64,000 nt of DNA. It comes from an uncultured Chitinophagaceae bacterium. GTDB taxonomy: Bacteria > Bacteroidota > Bacteroidia > Chitinophagales > Chitinophagaceae. Both the position numbers and the translations under genes were made by a program. This document shows positions 40,639-51,476 of the stretch, piece by piece. The notes beneath the pieces were generated by a model, which was not told the origin of the DNA, searched no databases, and was given only the letters and a program-made list of their open reading frames with translations. How positions within the stretch are numbered: the stretch's first letter is position 1; each line of letters starts with the position of its first letter. The stretch covers positions 7,235-71,234 of the forward strand of contig CAVPNF010000013.1 of NCBI GenBank assembly GCA_963706775.1, written 5' to 3'.

Positions 40639-40784
40639 TAGCCGCTATTTATCTGTAAAACGATTCTTTAAACCTGAAATTAGCAATAAATGTCAATAGA
40701 GAGCAAATAATGGTCATCAGAACAGTTTTTAAATTTCTTCATCCAAATGAAATTTGTGGTATCAAATCATTTAAAACTTGTGAT

Positions 40785-41762
40785 ATGGAACAACAAACAA
40801 TGGCAGCTACAATGGCAACGGGAAATGCAAATGCGCACAAAGATATTCCCGGCAATCCATCTACTGCAAAAAGCAGCAATGTCAAATTAAGCAATCGCAG
40901 TAACGGAGAACCATTGAGGGTGTTAACAGAAGAGGATTGGAAATTCTGGATCCACAATGGATACGTGATCATCAAAAATGCGGTGCCGAAAGAACAGGTA
41001 AAAAGAACGGCTGATTTTTTATGGGAGTTTGAAGAAAAAAATCCCAATGATCCGGAAACATGGTATGCACCGCCGCGTGCAGAAATGCAAATGAAAGAAC
41101 TCACTAACACCGGAATGGTCGAAGTATATAATCACCAAACACTTTGGGACAACAGGCAAATGCCGAAGGTGCATGCGGCGTTTGCCGATATATGGGGAAC
41201 TGAAAAATTATGGTGCACGATCGATAGAGCGAATTTAAATTTCCCCTCGCGCCCGGGCTTTGAATCCAAAGGGTTTATTCATTGGGATTATGATCCTGAA
41301 ACAAAACCACAAAACGTACAAGGTGTATTGGCATTGGCAGACCAGATGGATGAAGAAATGGGTGGCTTCCAGTGCATCCCTGAATTATTCAGAACGTATG
41401 ATACCTGGAAATTAACGCAACCGGAAGATCGGGATCATTTTAAACCGGACACCACAGGATTTGAAATGGAAAAAATAAAAATGGAAGCAGGCGATCTATT
41501 AATATTCAACAGCTCAGAACCACATGGCATAAGAGCCAACAGGAGCAAGGATAAAGTGCGGATCGCACAATACATTTCTATGATGCCTGCCGAAGAAGAT
41601 AATGAAGCCTTAAGGCAATGGAGAATCAACTCGTGGAAGAATAGAATAGCGCCCGAAGGTTATGCGTTTCCAGGCGACCCGCGCAATTGGGAACAAATAA
41701 AATATGAAACAGCAACTTTATCTCCATTAGGAAAAAAATTGCTGGGCCTGGAAAATTGGTGA
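40785..41762 (+). CDS. Phytanoyl-CoA dioxygenase (PhyH)-like 2OG-Fe(II) oxygenase
   Basis: HWD (HxD), GDLLIFNS..PHG and R.AQY motifs. Divergent from the AraC gene. Start set at MEQQ (40785). Confidence 0.87.
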   Translation: MEQQTMAATMATGNANAHKDIPGNPSTAKSSNVKLSNRSNGEPLRVLTEEDWKFWIHNGYVIIKNAVPKEQVKRTADFLWEFEEKNPNDPETWYAPPRAEMQMKELTNTGMVEVYNHQTLWDNRQMPKVHAAFADIWGTEKLWCTIDRANLNFPSRPGFESKGFIHWDYDPETKPQNVQGVLALADQMDEEMGGFQCIPELFRTYDTWKLTQPEDRDHFKPDTTGFEMEKIKMEAGDLLIFNSSEPHGIRANRSKDKVRIAQYISMMPAEEDNEALRQWRINSWKNRIAPEGYAFPGDPRNWEQIKYETATLSPLGKKLLGLENW

Positions 41763-41844
41763 AGCAAAAAAGGGTGTAAGGGCAGCAATAGTGATCAATA
41801 CTATTGCTGTTTTTTTTAAAATAAAGATGAAAAACATCAAAAAT

Positions 41845-41871
41845 GAAAAATCTACTTTTTGGGTTATAAAG
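41845..41871 (+). repeat. Dispersed 26-bp motif copy 11
   Basis: GAAAAA TCTACT TTTTGGGTTAT AAAG. Confidence 0.85.
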
Positions 41872-41953
41872 GGTGGACTTATGATGCATTTTTCTGGCCC
41901 GAAAAATTATTCTGCTTAAAGTAAAATCTTAATTTTACTAAAATAATTTTACT

Positions 41954-42706
41954 TTGATAACCTGCTTAAACTGTGGGAAATTATTTATAGGAAATTATTG
42001 TCCTAATTGCGGCCAGAAGGCTGAAGTGGAAAGATTGTCAGCCACGGTTTTATTAAAGGAAACAGCGCATTTTTTTTCACATTTCGAAAAAGGGTTTATA
42101 CATACCGCGTGGAATTTCATCGTTCGCCCCGGCCGGGCCTCTATTGATTTTCTTAAAGGCAAAAGGAAACAATATCAAAAGCCGGTAAGTTATTTTTTAA
42201 TCCTTACAGGCTTATATATTCTCCTGCACAATTTCATTATTCACCGCTATAATTATCATTATTCACTTTTTAGGGAAAGTAAGTCTCCGCTTGATTTCCA
42301 GGAGCAATCGAATATTACGCTGCGAACACATTTTACTCCATTTATAGTTATCGTTATTTTATTTTCGGCAGTTATTATTTATCCTATACTTGCAAGAAAG
42401 AGATACAATTTTGTGGAGATACTAGCTCTTTGCCTGTATGGCGGGGGCACCTATTTTTTAATTCTTATTCTCAGTGATATTGTGCTGGGCGCGATGTTTA
42501 AAGTAAATGTAATTTCAATGGATGTTTTTATTTGGCAAACGAGTATATCATCAATATATAATCTCTGGTTTAGCTATGACATTTTCAAACGATCGCATAT
42601 TCGTTTATTTTGGCTCCGGCTTATTGGCGCGTCTCTCCTTGTTTCATTGTTTGGCTGGCTGGTTATGAATTACCTGCCGATGGTATGGGTAAATTTGATG
42701 GATTAA
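41954..42706 (+). CDS. DUF3667 domain membrane protein
   Basis: N-terminal CLNCG...GNYCPNCGQ zinc ribbon, RPG...G.RK.Y.KP motif and TM helices. TTG start. Confidence 0.82.
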   Translation: MITCLNCGKLFIGNYCPNCGQKAEVERLSATVLLKETAHFFSHFEKGFIHTAWNFIVRPGRASIDFLKGKRKQYQKPVSYFLILTGLYILLHNFIIHRYNYHYSLFRESKSPLDFQEQSNITLRTHFTPFIVIVILFSAVIIYPILARKRYNFVEILALCLYGGGTYFLILILSDIVLGAMFKVNVISMDVFIWQTSISSIYNLWFSYDIFKRSHIRLFWLRLIGASLLVSLFGWLVMNYLPMVWVNLMD

Positions 42707-42908
42707 AGTAAACGGAAGCGCGGAAACTTATCAATAGTTTTTTGTCGGTTAATTTTGATTCGCATAGATGACGAATGGCACATAAGGTCACACTTAGCTT
42801 GCAAAAAAATTTCTCTTCTGTGTGCACCAATATTTAGAAAATCAGGCTTTATAAAGAACACCATCAGCCCGCCGAAATACATTGCCGCTTCATTCAAGAA
42901 CATAGATG

Positions 42909-42934
42909 CGTCATAAGCCAAAATATAGTTTTTT
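42909..42934 (-). repeat. Dispersed 26-bp motif copy 12
   Basis: Minus strand reads AAAA ACTATA TTTTGGCTTAT GACG. Confidence 0.75.
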
Positions 42935-43065
42935 CTCTTTCCTTCGTTGATCGAATTTTGAATAACAGGGTTAAAAGATTTGGTTTTGAATTAACGCCTG
43001 GTCATTTATCATGTCAACCATTATCAGTTGCTTTCTTTAAATTTGTGAAGTCTAAAACATAATAA

Positions 43066-43683
43066 ATGAAAGCATTAGTTGTAGGTTCCTCAGGAACGAT
43101 CGGATCAGCGGTAAGCAATCTTTTGAAAGAAAAAGGATATGAAGTAACCGAGGCTTCGCGGTCTACAACGCCTCCTCTTGATATAACCGACAGTTCAGGT
43201 GTTGAGGCGTTTTACTCTAACCTTGGTGAAGTTGACGCCATCGTATGTGTGGCGGGCGACGCGGCATTCAATTTTCTCGATAAAATTTCCGACGATGAAA
43301 TACAATTGAGTGTCAACAGCAAACTTTTAGGCCAGGTAAATTTGGTTCGGAAGGGTTTAAACAATTTGCTTCCGGGCGGTGTTTTTGTCATTACCGGCGG
43401 CATTCTCGCTTATACCCCATCGCCACAAACATCTATTATTTCATTGGTGAATGCAGGGCTTGAGGGATTTGCGCGCGCGGTGGCACTTGAGCTAACAGAC
43501 AACAGGCGTATAGCGATCGTTCACCCGCCATGGGTGGCAGAAACTGCAGCCAGAATAGGCATGGATCCGGCGCCATGGCCTGATGCATCAAAAGTTGCGG
43601 AAGCCTATTTGGAAGCCATAGAAGGCGCGAAAAGCGGCGTAGCCAAATTTGTAACGGGATATGTTCCTGAATCAAAATCTTAG
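43066..43683 (+). CDS. Short-chain dehydrogenase (compact, atypical SDR)
   Basis: VVGSSGTIG, SKLLGQVNLV and NAGLEGFARA motifs. Confidence 0.85.
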   Translation: MKALVVGSSGTIGSAVSNLLKEKGYEVTEASRSTTPPLDITDSSGVEAFYSNLGEVDAIVCVAGDAAFNFLDKISDDEIQLSVNSKLLGQVNLVRKGLNNLLPGGVFVITGGILAYTPSPQTSIISLVNAGLEGFARAVALELTDNRRIAIVHPPWVAETAARIGMDPAPWPDASKVAEAYLEAIEGAKSGVAKFVTGYVPESKS

Positions 43684-43804
43684 GAAATAAGCACCGCCTT
43701 AAAGTGAGCTTTCAAACGATCACGTGAAATTTCTTTCACTGTACCTACATACCGGGTATGGCATATTGGCTTATACGTTGCTTTTGATTCTTAATTAATT
43801 TGTA

Positions 43805-45337
43805 TTATCTGAATTCAATCCTGAACCCAATCACAGGGACTTGCTTCACTGGCAACTGACGGGGATTTTTTATGATTAATCCGCTCCCATCTTGTTTCCA
43901 ATGAAGTTTCGCATCACTTCCCAGCATGGTAACTGATGCAATTTTTTTATCTAAAAGTTTGGAATTTTTAGCTAATGAATTAATTTTTATATCCGATGTT
44001 GGCTCGCCAAGACAATAAGCATAAAGCGTGTTTCCTTTGGCAGTGAAGCGGATGTCGTTTTCCTGGAAACCCCGTGTATCGCTCAATCCGGCGAACTGAC
44101 CTTTTACCTGGTTGGCTTTGTTGGTAGATGGGCCTTCTCCATAAATCTTCCAGGGACGCGTGTCATAAATACCTTCGCTGTTAAGTGCCATCCAATCGGC
44201 TATTCCGTTGACAATCTGGAGCACATCAGGCTCGAGGTCCCCTTCCGGAGTTTGCACTATATTTAATAAAAGGTTGCCATTCTTGCTTACAATGTCTATC
44301 AATAATTGTATTACTTCCGGCGCGCTTTTATACTTCTGCCCGGTTCTATAAAACCAATCTCCGATCGAAGTATCTGTTTGCCATGGAAAAGGGTTGATAG
44401 AATCCTGGACGCCACGCTCCAAATCCTGCACCCACATTCCGTCTGACGCCTGTTTGCAGGTGTAAACCACATCTGTATGATCACCATTCTCTGGCACACC
44501 CTGGTTGTAAAAATGAGCCAGCATATTGTTGCCATATTCTCCAAAAGGAAGTTTGCTATCGGAGTAAAGAAGATCCGGATGATAAGTGTCTATCAATTCC
44601 TTGATGCTAAAAAGCCATTCTCTTTGCCATTCTTTATTGATGCTCAGCCATTCATGATCATTGGAATCTGGTTTCGCGTGGTACAAATCCTGGTACAGGG
44701 GATTCGCGCCGTCATAAGGAACTCCTTTCATCGGGCCTGAAGTGTCGGCGCCGTGGCTGGGCTGATACCAGGTAAAACTTGCTGCAAGATGTTCAGATAC
44801 GCCAAACTTTAATCCTTCCTTTTTCGCTGCTGCCTGCCATATTCCCACCACATCTTTTTTGGGGCCATAGTTCACAGAATTCCACTTATGAATTTTTGAG
44901 TTCCAAAGAAAAAAATCATCGTGGTGCGTGCCCATGCTCACAAAATATTTTGCGCCTGCTTTTTTATAAAGCGCCATCAGCTTTTCAGGATCCCACCGCT
45001 CGGCTTTCCACAACGGAATAATATCCTTATACCCAAATTTAGATGGATGGCCATAATGCGCGAGGTGGTATTTATAATCGTCGCTCCCTTCCTGGTACAT
45101 GTTACGGGCGTACCAATCCCCATGGCGCGGAACAGCCTGGGGTCCCCAATGCGACCAAATTCCAAACTTGGCATCGCGAAACCATTCGGGATATTTGAAT
45201 TCTTTAAGTGATTGCTCATTTGGTTTAAACCGCTCCACACTTGCAGTTTGCACCTGCTGTTGGGCTGTCGAAAAGATGGTAAGCGTTACAGAAAGAATCG
45301 CCGTTAATAATATTTGCCTGATAAATTTAATTTTCAT
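43805..45337 (-). CDS. Alpha-L-fucosidase (GH29)
   Basis: WFRDAKFGIWSHWG, HHDDFFLW, DLLYSD, DIVSKNGNLLLN and IYDTRPW motifs. Confidence 0.92.
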   Translation of the reverse strand: MKIKFIRQILLTAILSVTLTIFSTAQQQVQTASVERFKPNEQSLKEFKYPEWFRDAKFGIWSHWGPQAVPRHGDWYARNMYQEGSDDYKYHLAHYGHPSKFGYKDIIPLWKAERWDPEKLMALYKKAGAKYFVSMGTHHDDFFLWNSKIHKWNSVNYGPKKDVVGIWQAAAKKEGLKFGVSEHLAASFTWYQPSHGADTSGPMKGVPYDGANPLYQDLYHAKPDSNDHEWLSINKEWQREWLFSIKELIDTYHPDLLYSDSKLPFGEYGNNMLAHFYNQGVPENGDHTDVVYTCKQASDGMWVQDLERGVQDSINPFPWQTDTSIGDWFYRTGQKYKSAPEVIQLLIDIVSKNGNLLLNIVQTPEGDLEPDVLQIVNGIADWMALNSEGIYDTRPWKIYGEGPSTNKANQVKGQFAGLSDTRGFQENDIRFTAKGNTLYAYCLGEPTSDIKINSLAKNSKLLDKKIASVTMLGSDAKLHWKQDGSGLIIKNPRQLPVKQVPVIGFRIEFR

Positions 45338-45487
45338 GTGTAAATATTTATCTTTTTATTTCGGGAAATGCCTGGATCAAAGCCCGGTATATATTTATAG
45401 GTTCTCCCGGAAAGCGAGAATTATATAAGATCTTGTTTTAAATTTATTTGGAATTAATTACCAGGCAATCATAATCCATTGATGTAG

Positions 45488-46137
45488 CTATTCCAGTGTT
45501 TTTATCATAATATTCCGAAAATAAACTACCGATCCATGTCCGAGAAAACCGATATGACCTTTTTTGTTTTTGAGCCCCGGGTGTTCTTTATGATCCATGG
45601 TTCCATTGGAAATGGACGGCTCAATGTCTCCATCTAATATCACGTGACCGTTCAAGGTCACTTTAATTTTTGTGCCGTCTGCTATTATTTCTTCTTCATT
45701 CCACTCACCTACCGGTTTCAAAAAACCGCGTTCAGCGGGAATGACACCATAGACTGAGCCGTGATATTGGTAAGGATGCAAACTCTTGTAGATATCGGCC
45801 GTTGTTATCGAGCACCTGGATTTCCATACCCACATAGGCAGCATCGCCGGTCAACGGGGCACGGATGCCAATTCCATTATTAGCGCCGGGTGTTAATTTG
45901 AACTGAAAGCGCATGACAAAATTCCCAAACTCTTTTTCTGTATATAAATTACCGCCGCTACCTTGGCCCGGATTTACAACAATCATACCGCTATCCACCA
46001 GGTAGCCGGCTTTATTTCCAGTCCATCCATCCAAATTCTTTCCCATTAAATAAGGGAACAAAGTCAGAACTACTTTGGGCGTTCACACCAGAAAAACCAA
46101 TTAAGATTGACAAAAAGACGAGTACTGTTTTTTTCAT
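45488..46137 (-). CDS. DUF1080 (3-keto-disaccharide hydrolase-like) protein with two +1 frameshifts
   Basis: Signal peptide from ATG 46137, LFNGK(N)LDGW, NNGI, EIQVLD, WN..EI and GHIGFLGHG. Extra A near 46040 and near 45805. Confidence 0.82.
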
Positions 46138-46329
46138 GATTGATTGTTTATTTTTTTAATTTAACAGAAAAGATAAAGTTTTTATTTAGGAATTCTCTTT
46201 CCCGAATATAAGAATACAAAATTTTAAAATGCCCGCTGTTAGCGGCTTCTGTTTTTTCATGTCCTGAGAGGAAAAAATCGAACACTCATAAAAAAGATGA
46301 ACGGATCAAACATGAAGATATAAAATTAA

Positions 46330-46354
46330 GAAATCTACTTTTTCGGTTATGAGG
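46330..46354 (+). repeat. Dispersed 26-bp motif copy 13
   Basis: GAAA TCTACT TTTTCGGTTAT GAGG. Confidence 0.82.
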
Positions 46355-46557
46355 ACTTAATTATAAATGCAGGAAAACTCTAAGATTGATACCTGGGTTT
46401 TTTTGATACACGATAACAGCCATTAAAAATATTACCCATAAAAAATCATTGTAACAAAAGTGTAAAATAAAGTTATATAAGCATCGAAACCTCCACTTTT
46501 TTTGCCCTACACATACTCCCCTATTTCTGAAAGGATTTAATTATTTAAACTCTACGC

Positions 46558-49500
46558 ATGAATCCTAATTCCACTTCAGCCTACTATGGAAAAAGATTTC
46601 TATCCAGGCTTTTCTCCTTAATTGTCGGGATCACTTTATTTGTTCCTTATCAGCTGTTTGCCCAAACCACTACTGTTACCGGGCAGATAAAAAGTAGCGA
46701 CGGAACCGGCATTGCCGGTGTGTCTGTACAGGAAAAAGGCTCGAAAAATGGAACAGCTACGAATACATCCGGTAGTTTCTCTCTAAACGTAACTAACCCT
46801 AATGCTACACTGGAAATTTCTTCATTGGGATATGCGTCACAGGACATTCCATTATCCGGGCGATCCAGTATATCAGTAACACTTGCGCCTTCTTCTGCAA
46901 AATCGCTCGACCAGGTGGTAATTGTAGGTTATGGAAGTCAGCGGAAAAAAGATCTTACGGGCGCCGTTTCCGTTATTACAGCAGCAGACATTTCGGATCG
47001 TCCTATTGTGAATGTTGGCGAAGCATTGCAGGGTAAAGCGGCAGGCGTTGAAGTAACATCCAACTCAGGAAAGCCCGGCGCAGGTTTAACTATCCGCGTC
47101 AGAGGATCTTCGTCTATCAGCGCTGGTAATGATCCATTATATGTAGTTGACGGAGTTCCGCTAACAGATATTTCTGCTTTCAGTCCGGATGATATAGAAT
47201 CAATCTCTATTTTAAAGGATGCAGCTTCTGCTTCCATTTATGGCACCCGTGCTGCAAATGGTGTGGTAGTGATCACTACAAAAAAAGGCGTGGCGGGCAA
47301 ATCAAAAATTGAGTTCAGCACTTATTACGGCACCACATCAGCCACAAAAATGCTGTCGGTTTTAAATGCGCAACAATACCAGGCTTATGCAAATGAGCAA
47401 AAAAACTCAATTGTGATTACCGATTCTATGGTGAAAGCAAACGATATCAACTGGCCCAAGGAGGTTTTTCAAAATGGAAATCAACAAAACTATCAGTTAT
47501 CTATTTCAGGTGGAACTGAGAAAACGCAACATTACATTTCTTTAAATTACTCCGATCAGACAGGCATCATAAAGCCAGCCAATTTCAACAGGTTGACAGG
47601 CAGAGTAAATCTTACAACAAAAGCAAATGATTGGCTGACGTTAATTACCAGCACCATTATTTCCCGTTCTCATAATAACGACGTAACAGATAATGCCAGT
47701 GTGGCAAGGGGCGGTGTTGTATTGTCGGCGCTGGAAACACCTCCTACTGTACCAAAGTTCAATGCGGACAGCACCATAGGTTTTAATGCATTAACAGGAT
47801 GGGAAAACCCACTGGGCTCCATTCTTGGGTCATACAATAAAAACATTAGCGACCGCTTATTGTCGAATGTGGAAGCAGACATAAAATTATTAAAAGGATT
47901 AATCATTCGCTCCCATTTTGGAATTGACTATGCAAACTATACCAACACTTATTTCTTAGATCCATTCCTTACAATATATGGAAGACAAACGCAAGGGCAG
48001 CAATCTCAAACAAAAACCAATAACCTAACCTGGTTAAGCGAGCAAACGATAAACTATACTGCTAAATGGGGCAGAAATAATTTTTCGGCCTTAGCCGGCT
48101 GGACTGCTCAGGATTCACATACAGATCAATCTTTAATCTCGGGCTCTTTTCTTAAGCCGCAATACAGGCTGTTGCCCTGGAATGAAAGTTATTTAAGAGA
48201 TTCCATCAAAGCGCCGGGAACAACAACCATCGATGATTGGGCGCTCATTTCATACTTAGGAAGATTAACTTATGATTTTGACGGCAAATATCTGTTCCAG
48301 GCAAACCTTCGCTCCGACCGGTCATCTAAATTTGCTCCGGGCAACCGGGTAGCCACCTTTCCTTCCTTCTCCGCGGGCTGGAGAATTTCCCGTGAAAGCT
48401 TTATGCAAAGTGTGAGTACAATCAATGATTTAAAACTTAGAATTGGCTGGGGACAAAATGGAAACCAGGAAGGTATAGGAAGCTACAGTTATTTACCTCT
48501 TTCAAATATTGATCCGATAACAGGCGCTGTAACGGCTACAACCATTGCACCACAAAGCTTAACCTGGGAAACAAGCACTCAAACAAACGTTGGTATTGAC
48601 GCCACGTTACTAAATAGCCGGTTGTCTTTTTCAGGAGATTATTATGTGAAAAAAACCAAGAATGTCTTAATAAATATTCCTCTTCCTTCACAGGCAGGTT
48701 TTGCTACTGCACCCGTAAATGCTGCGTCTATGCAAAATATTGGCGAAGAGTTCCAGGTTTCGAGCAAAAATATTGTAAACGGACCCCTTAGATGGAACAC
48801 TGATTTGAATATTTCCTTTAACCAAAATAAGATCCTTTCAATAGGTGAAGGCATCAAATTTATGAATGGCTTCGGCGGCGTATATGCAAGAGGAAATGCT
48901 ATTGCCTTGGTTCAAAATTATGGCCTCGGAGAATTTTATGGCTACGTTGCTGATGGCGTTGATCCTGCAACAGGCCATCAATTATACCTTACTAAAAATA
49001 AAACAACCACTGATAATCCGGATCCATCGGATCGCGTTTTAATGGGAAGCGCCCAACCGAATTTTGTGTACGGACTAACGAATCATTTGTCTTATAAAAA
49101 TTTTGATCTAACCGTATTTATACAAGGATCACAGGGAAATAAAATCTTTAATGCGGGGAGATTAGAGGCTGAAGCAATGGTAAACTCAGCCAATCAAAGT
49201 TCTGCTGTATTAGCAAGATGGGAAAAGCCGGGAGATAAATCCGATATACCTGGAGTAAGCGTAGACGGAAGCACCAATAATTCCTTAATATCAACACGAT
49301 TTCTTGAAAACGGTTCCTACCTGCGTTTTAAAACAATTACATTATCCTATTCTATTAATCCGAAGCTGTTGTCTGGCATAGGGCTCAGCGCCATTACAGT
49401 TTATGTATCGGGCAATAACCTTATCACCATTACAAAATATAAAGGCTTTGATCCGGAAGTAAATTCTTATGGAAATCCCAACAATTCAAATGATGACCGA

Positions 49501-49581
49501 AATATTTCTTTAGGACTGGATAACGGCGCTTATCCGCAATCGAAAATGTTTTTGTTTGGATTGAATGTCAGTTTGAAATAA
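46558..49581 (+). CDS. susC: SusC/RagA TonB-dependent outer membrane transporter
   Basis: VVIVGYG, DLTGAVS, PLYVVDGVP, SISILKDAASASIYGTRAANGVVVITTK and C-terminal YP...FGLNVSL. Confidence 0.96.
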   Translation: MNPNSTSAYYGKRFLSRLFSLIVGITLFVPYQLFAQTTTVTGQIKSSDGTGIAGVSVQEKGSKNGTATNTSGSFSLNVTNPNATLEISSLGYASQDIPLSGRSSISVTLAPSSAKSLDQVVIVGYGSQRKKDLTGAVSVITAADISDRPIVNVGEALQGKAAGVEVTSNSGKPGAGLTIRVRGSSSISAGNDPLYVVDGVPLTDISAFSPDDIESISILKDAASASIYGTRAANGVVVITTKKGVAGKSKIEFSTYYGTTSATKMLSVLNAQQYQAYANEQKNSIVITDSMVKANDINWPKEVFQNGNQQNYQLSISGGTEKTQHYISLNYSDQTGIIKPANFNRLTGRVNLTTKANDWLTLITSTIISRSHNNDVTDNASVARGGVVLSALETPPTVPKFNADSTIGFNALTGWENPLGSILGSYNKNISDRLLSNVEADIKLLKGLIIRSHFGIDYANYTNTYFLDPFLTIYGRQTQGQQSQTKTNNLTWLSEQTINYTAKWGRNNFSALAGWTAQDSHTDQSLISGSFLKPQYRLLPWNESYLRDSIKAPGTTTIDDWALISYLGRLTYDFDGKYLFQANLRSDRSSKFAPGNRVATFPSFSAGWRISRESFMQSVSTINDLKLRIGWGQNGNQEGIGSYSYLPLSNIDPITGAVTATTIAPQSLTWETSTQTNVGIDATLLNSRLSFSGDYYVKKTKNVLINIPLPSQAGFATAPVNAASMQNIGEEFQVSSKNIVNGPLRWNTDLNISFNQNKILSIGEGIKFMNGFGGVYARGNAIALVQNYGLGEFYGYVADGVDPATGHQLYLTKNKTTTDNPDPSDRVLMGSAQPNFVYGLTNHLSYKNFDLTVFIQGSQGNKIFNAGRLEAEAMVNSANQSSAVLARWEKPGDKSDIPGVSVDGSTNNSLISTRFLENGSYLRFKTITLSYSINPKLLSGIGLSAITVYVSGNNLITITKYKGFDPEVNSYGNPNNSNDDRNISLGLDNGAYPQSKMFLFGLNVSLK

Positions 49582-49623
49582 GCGCTTTTTGAGAGTTGTT
49601 TTAAAATAATAAATTCTTTTTTT

Positions 49624-51084
49624 ATGAAAACTAAAATAAATATCAACCATATTTTCTTAGTATTTATGATACTAATCGTGAACGGCTGTTCCAAGCTGCT
49701 CGATAAACAACCCGTTACCCAGGTGGTTACAAGGACAGATTCAATTTCTGTGACGGCAGCAGATGCGGAAAATTTAATTTCCGGGGTTTATACTTCAGAA
49801 ATCGGATATACTTATGGCCTGGAGTTTAATGTTCTTGATCGAATAACAAACGGTGATGTATTGTCTGATAATTGTTATTCGGGAGGAGACAATCCTGATA
49901 ATATTACCATTGATATATTCAAATTTAATTCTTTAAACGGTAACATTACACGTGACTGGAAAGATGCTTATGGAATTATCGGTAATATTAATTTAGCTAT
50001 AGCACAGATAGGTTCCTCTACAGACCCGGCGCTATCGGCAGCGCGTAAAAATCAGATGTTGGGCGAAGCGCGATTTATGCGTGCGTTTACCTACTTTGAC
50101 CTCGTGCGTTTATTTGGCCCGGTTCCCATTATGCTGCAACCTGTAGATCAAACCAATTCAGAAAATCTTATTAAGTCTACTTTAATTCCCCGATCTTCAG
50201 TAGATTCTGTGTATGATGCCATTTTGAATGATTTGTGGTTTGCAAAAGCCAATGTAGCCAGTGATAATGTACCGCCCAATAAAATGATTGTGACCAAGGG
50301 TGCAGCAAATGCCATCTTAGCAAAAGTATATGCAACGATGCCAACGAAAAACTGGGATTCGGTGGCCTACTATTGTGATCAGGTTATACCGGATTATTCT
50401 CTTGTACCGAACTTTACTTTTTTGTGGGATAACAATCATAAAAATAACAGTGAGGCTATCTGGGAATTTAATTATCAAGGATACAATGTTATCGGTAACT
50501 GGATTCCTTCCCAGTTTATCGGATCAGGATGGAAAAAATTTGAAACACCCTCTATTGATCTGGTTGATACTTTTAAAGTGGAGAATGATTCCATCCGGTT
50601 AAATAACTCAATTTCATTTATAGATTACGGTTGGGATGATCCTTACTGGAAAAATAAAAGCAGTTATCCCATCATTTCAAAATACAACGATCCGAATAAT
50701 GGTACCAATGACTTTTACCAGATTCGTTTGGCAGATATTTTATTATTAAAGGCCGAGGCATTGGTGCAGAAAAATGATATTAACGGAGCAATGATGCTGG
50801 TGAACCAGGTGAGAGCCAGGGTAAAGCTGGCTCCAAAAACCGCCACAGATGCCACAGATGCGAATAATATTATTTATACGGAAAGAAGGCTGGAGCTTGC
50901 GTTTGAAGGCCAGAGATGGTTTGATTTGGTAAGAACCGGAACGGCAATTCAAGTGATGAATGCTCAAAAAGATGCAAATGGCACCAATCTTAATTACAAT
51001 GTGCAGCCTTATCAACTCATCTATCCGATTCCGCAAACACAGATAGATCTGAATCCTTTATTAACTCAAAATCCCAGCTATTAG
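49624..51084 (+). CDS. susD: SusD/RagB nutrient-binding lipoprotein
   Basis: Lipobox GCS, GEARFMRAF.YF.LVRLFG.VP, RLADILLLKAEA and ERRLELAFEG.RWFDL.R. Confidence 0.95.
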   Translation: MKTKININHIFLVFMILIVNGCSKLLDKQPVTQVVTRTDSISVTAADAENLISGVYTSEIGYTYGLEFNVLDRITNGDVLSDNCYSGGDNPDNITIDIFKFNSLNGNITRDWKDAYGIIGNINLAIAQIGSSTDPALSAARKNQMLGEARFMRAFTYFDLVRLFGPVPIMLQPVDQTNSENLIKSTLIPRSSVDSVYDAILNDLWFAKANVASDNVPPNKMIVTKGAANAILAKVYATMPTKNWDSVAYYCDQVIPDYSLVPNFTFLWDNNHKNNSEAIWEFNYQGYNVIGNWIPSQFIGSGWKKFETPSIDLVDTFKVENDSIRLNNSISFIDYGWDDPYWKNKSSYPIISKYNDPNNGTNDFYQIRLADILLLKAEALVQKNDINGAMMLVNQVRARVKLAPKTATDATDANNIIYTERRLELAFEGQRWFDLVRTGTAIQVMNAQKDANGTNLNYNVQPYQLIYPIPQTQIDLNPLLTQNPSY

Positions 51085-51204
51085 TTTCGGTTGGCAGTTT
51101 ATTAAAATAGGATTAAGCTTTAACAAATTTTGTTTTTGAACAGATCACTTTTCCGAATTGTGCTTTTGTTTTGCCTACAATTAATTATTGTTTGTTTGAA
51201 AGAT

Positions 51205-51230
51205 TAAAAACTACTTTTCGGGTTATCAGG
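51205..51230 (+). repeat. Dispersed 26-bp motif copy 14
   Basis: TAAAA ACTACT TTTCGGGTTAT CAGG. Confidence 0.8.
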
Positions 51231-51476
51231 GTGCGCGATAAGAGATAAACTTCTCATAAGCGTAAATGTAGTTTTCGCATTTGTTTTGCTGGTTGAGTCT
51301 GTAGAAAAGAGCCGAATAAACGTGTGCGTGCCGTTAAATGGATTTAAAAAAAACAGATTTTTCATTAAAAAATAGACAGACCTATAACCTGGATTTTTAG
51401 ACGGCTTATGGCAAGGCCAGGCGCCTCCGTTAAGAGACTGGCAAAATGAATAAAGCTTATTTTTTTCGCAATCCAA

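Noticed and set aside
43715-43732. parS-like CACGTGAAA
   Set aside because: Only the core matches, and the flanks are not palindromic.
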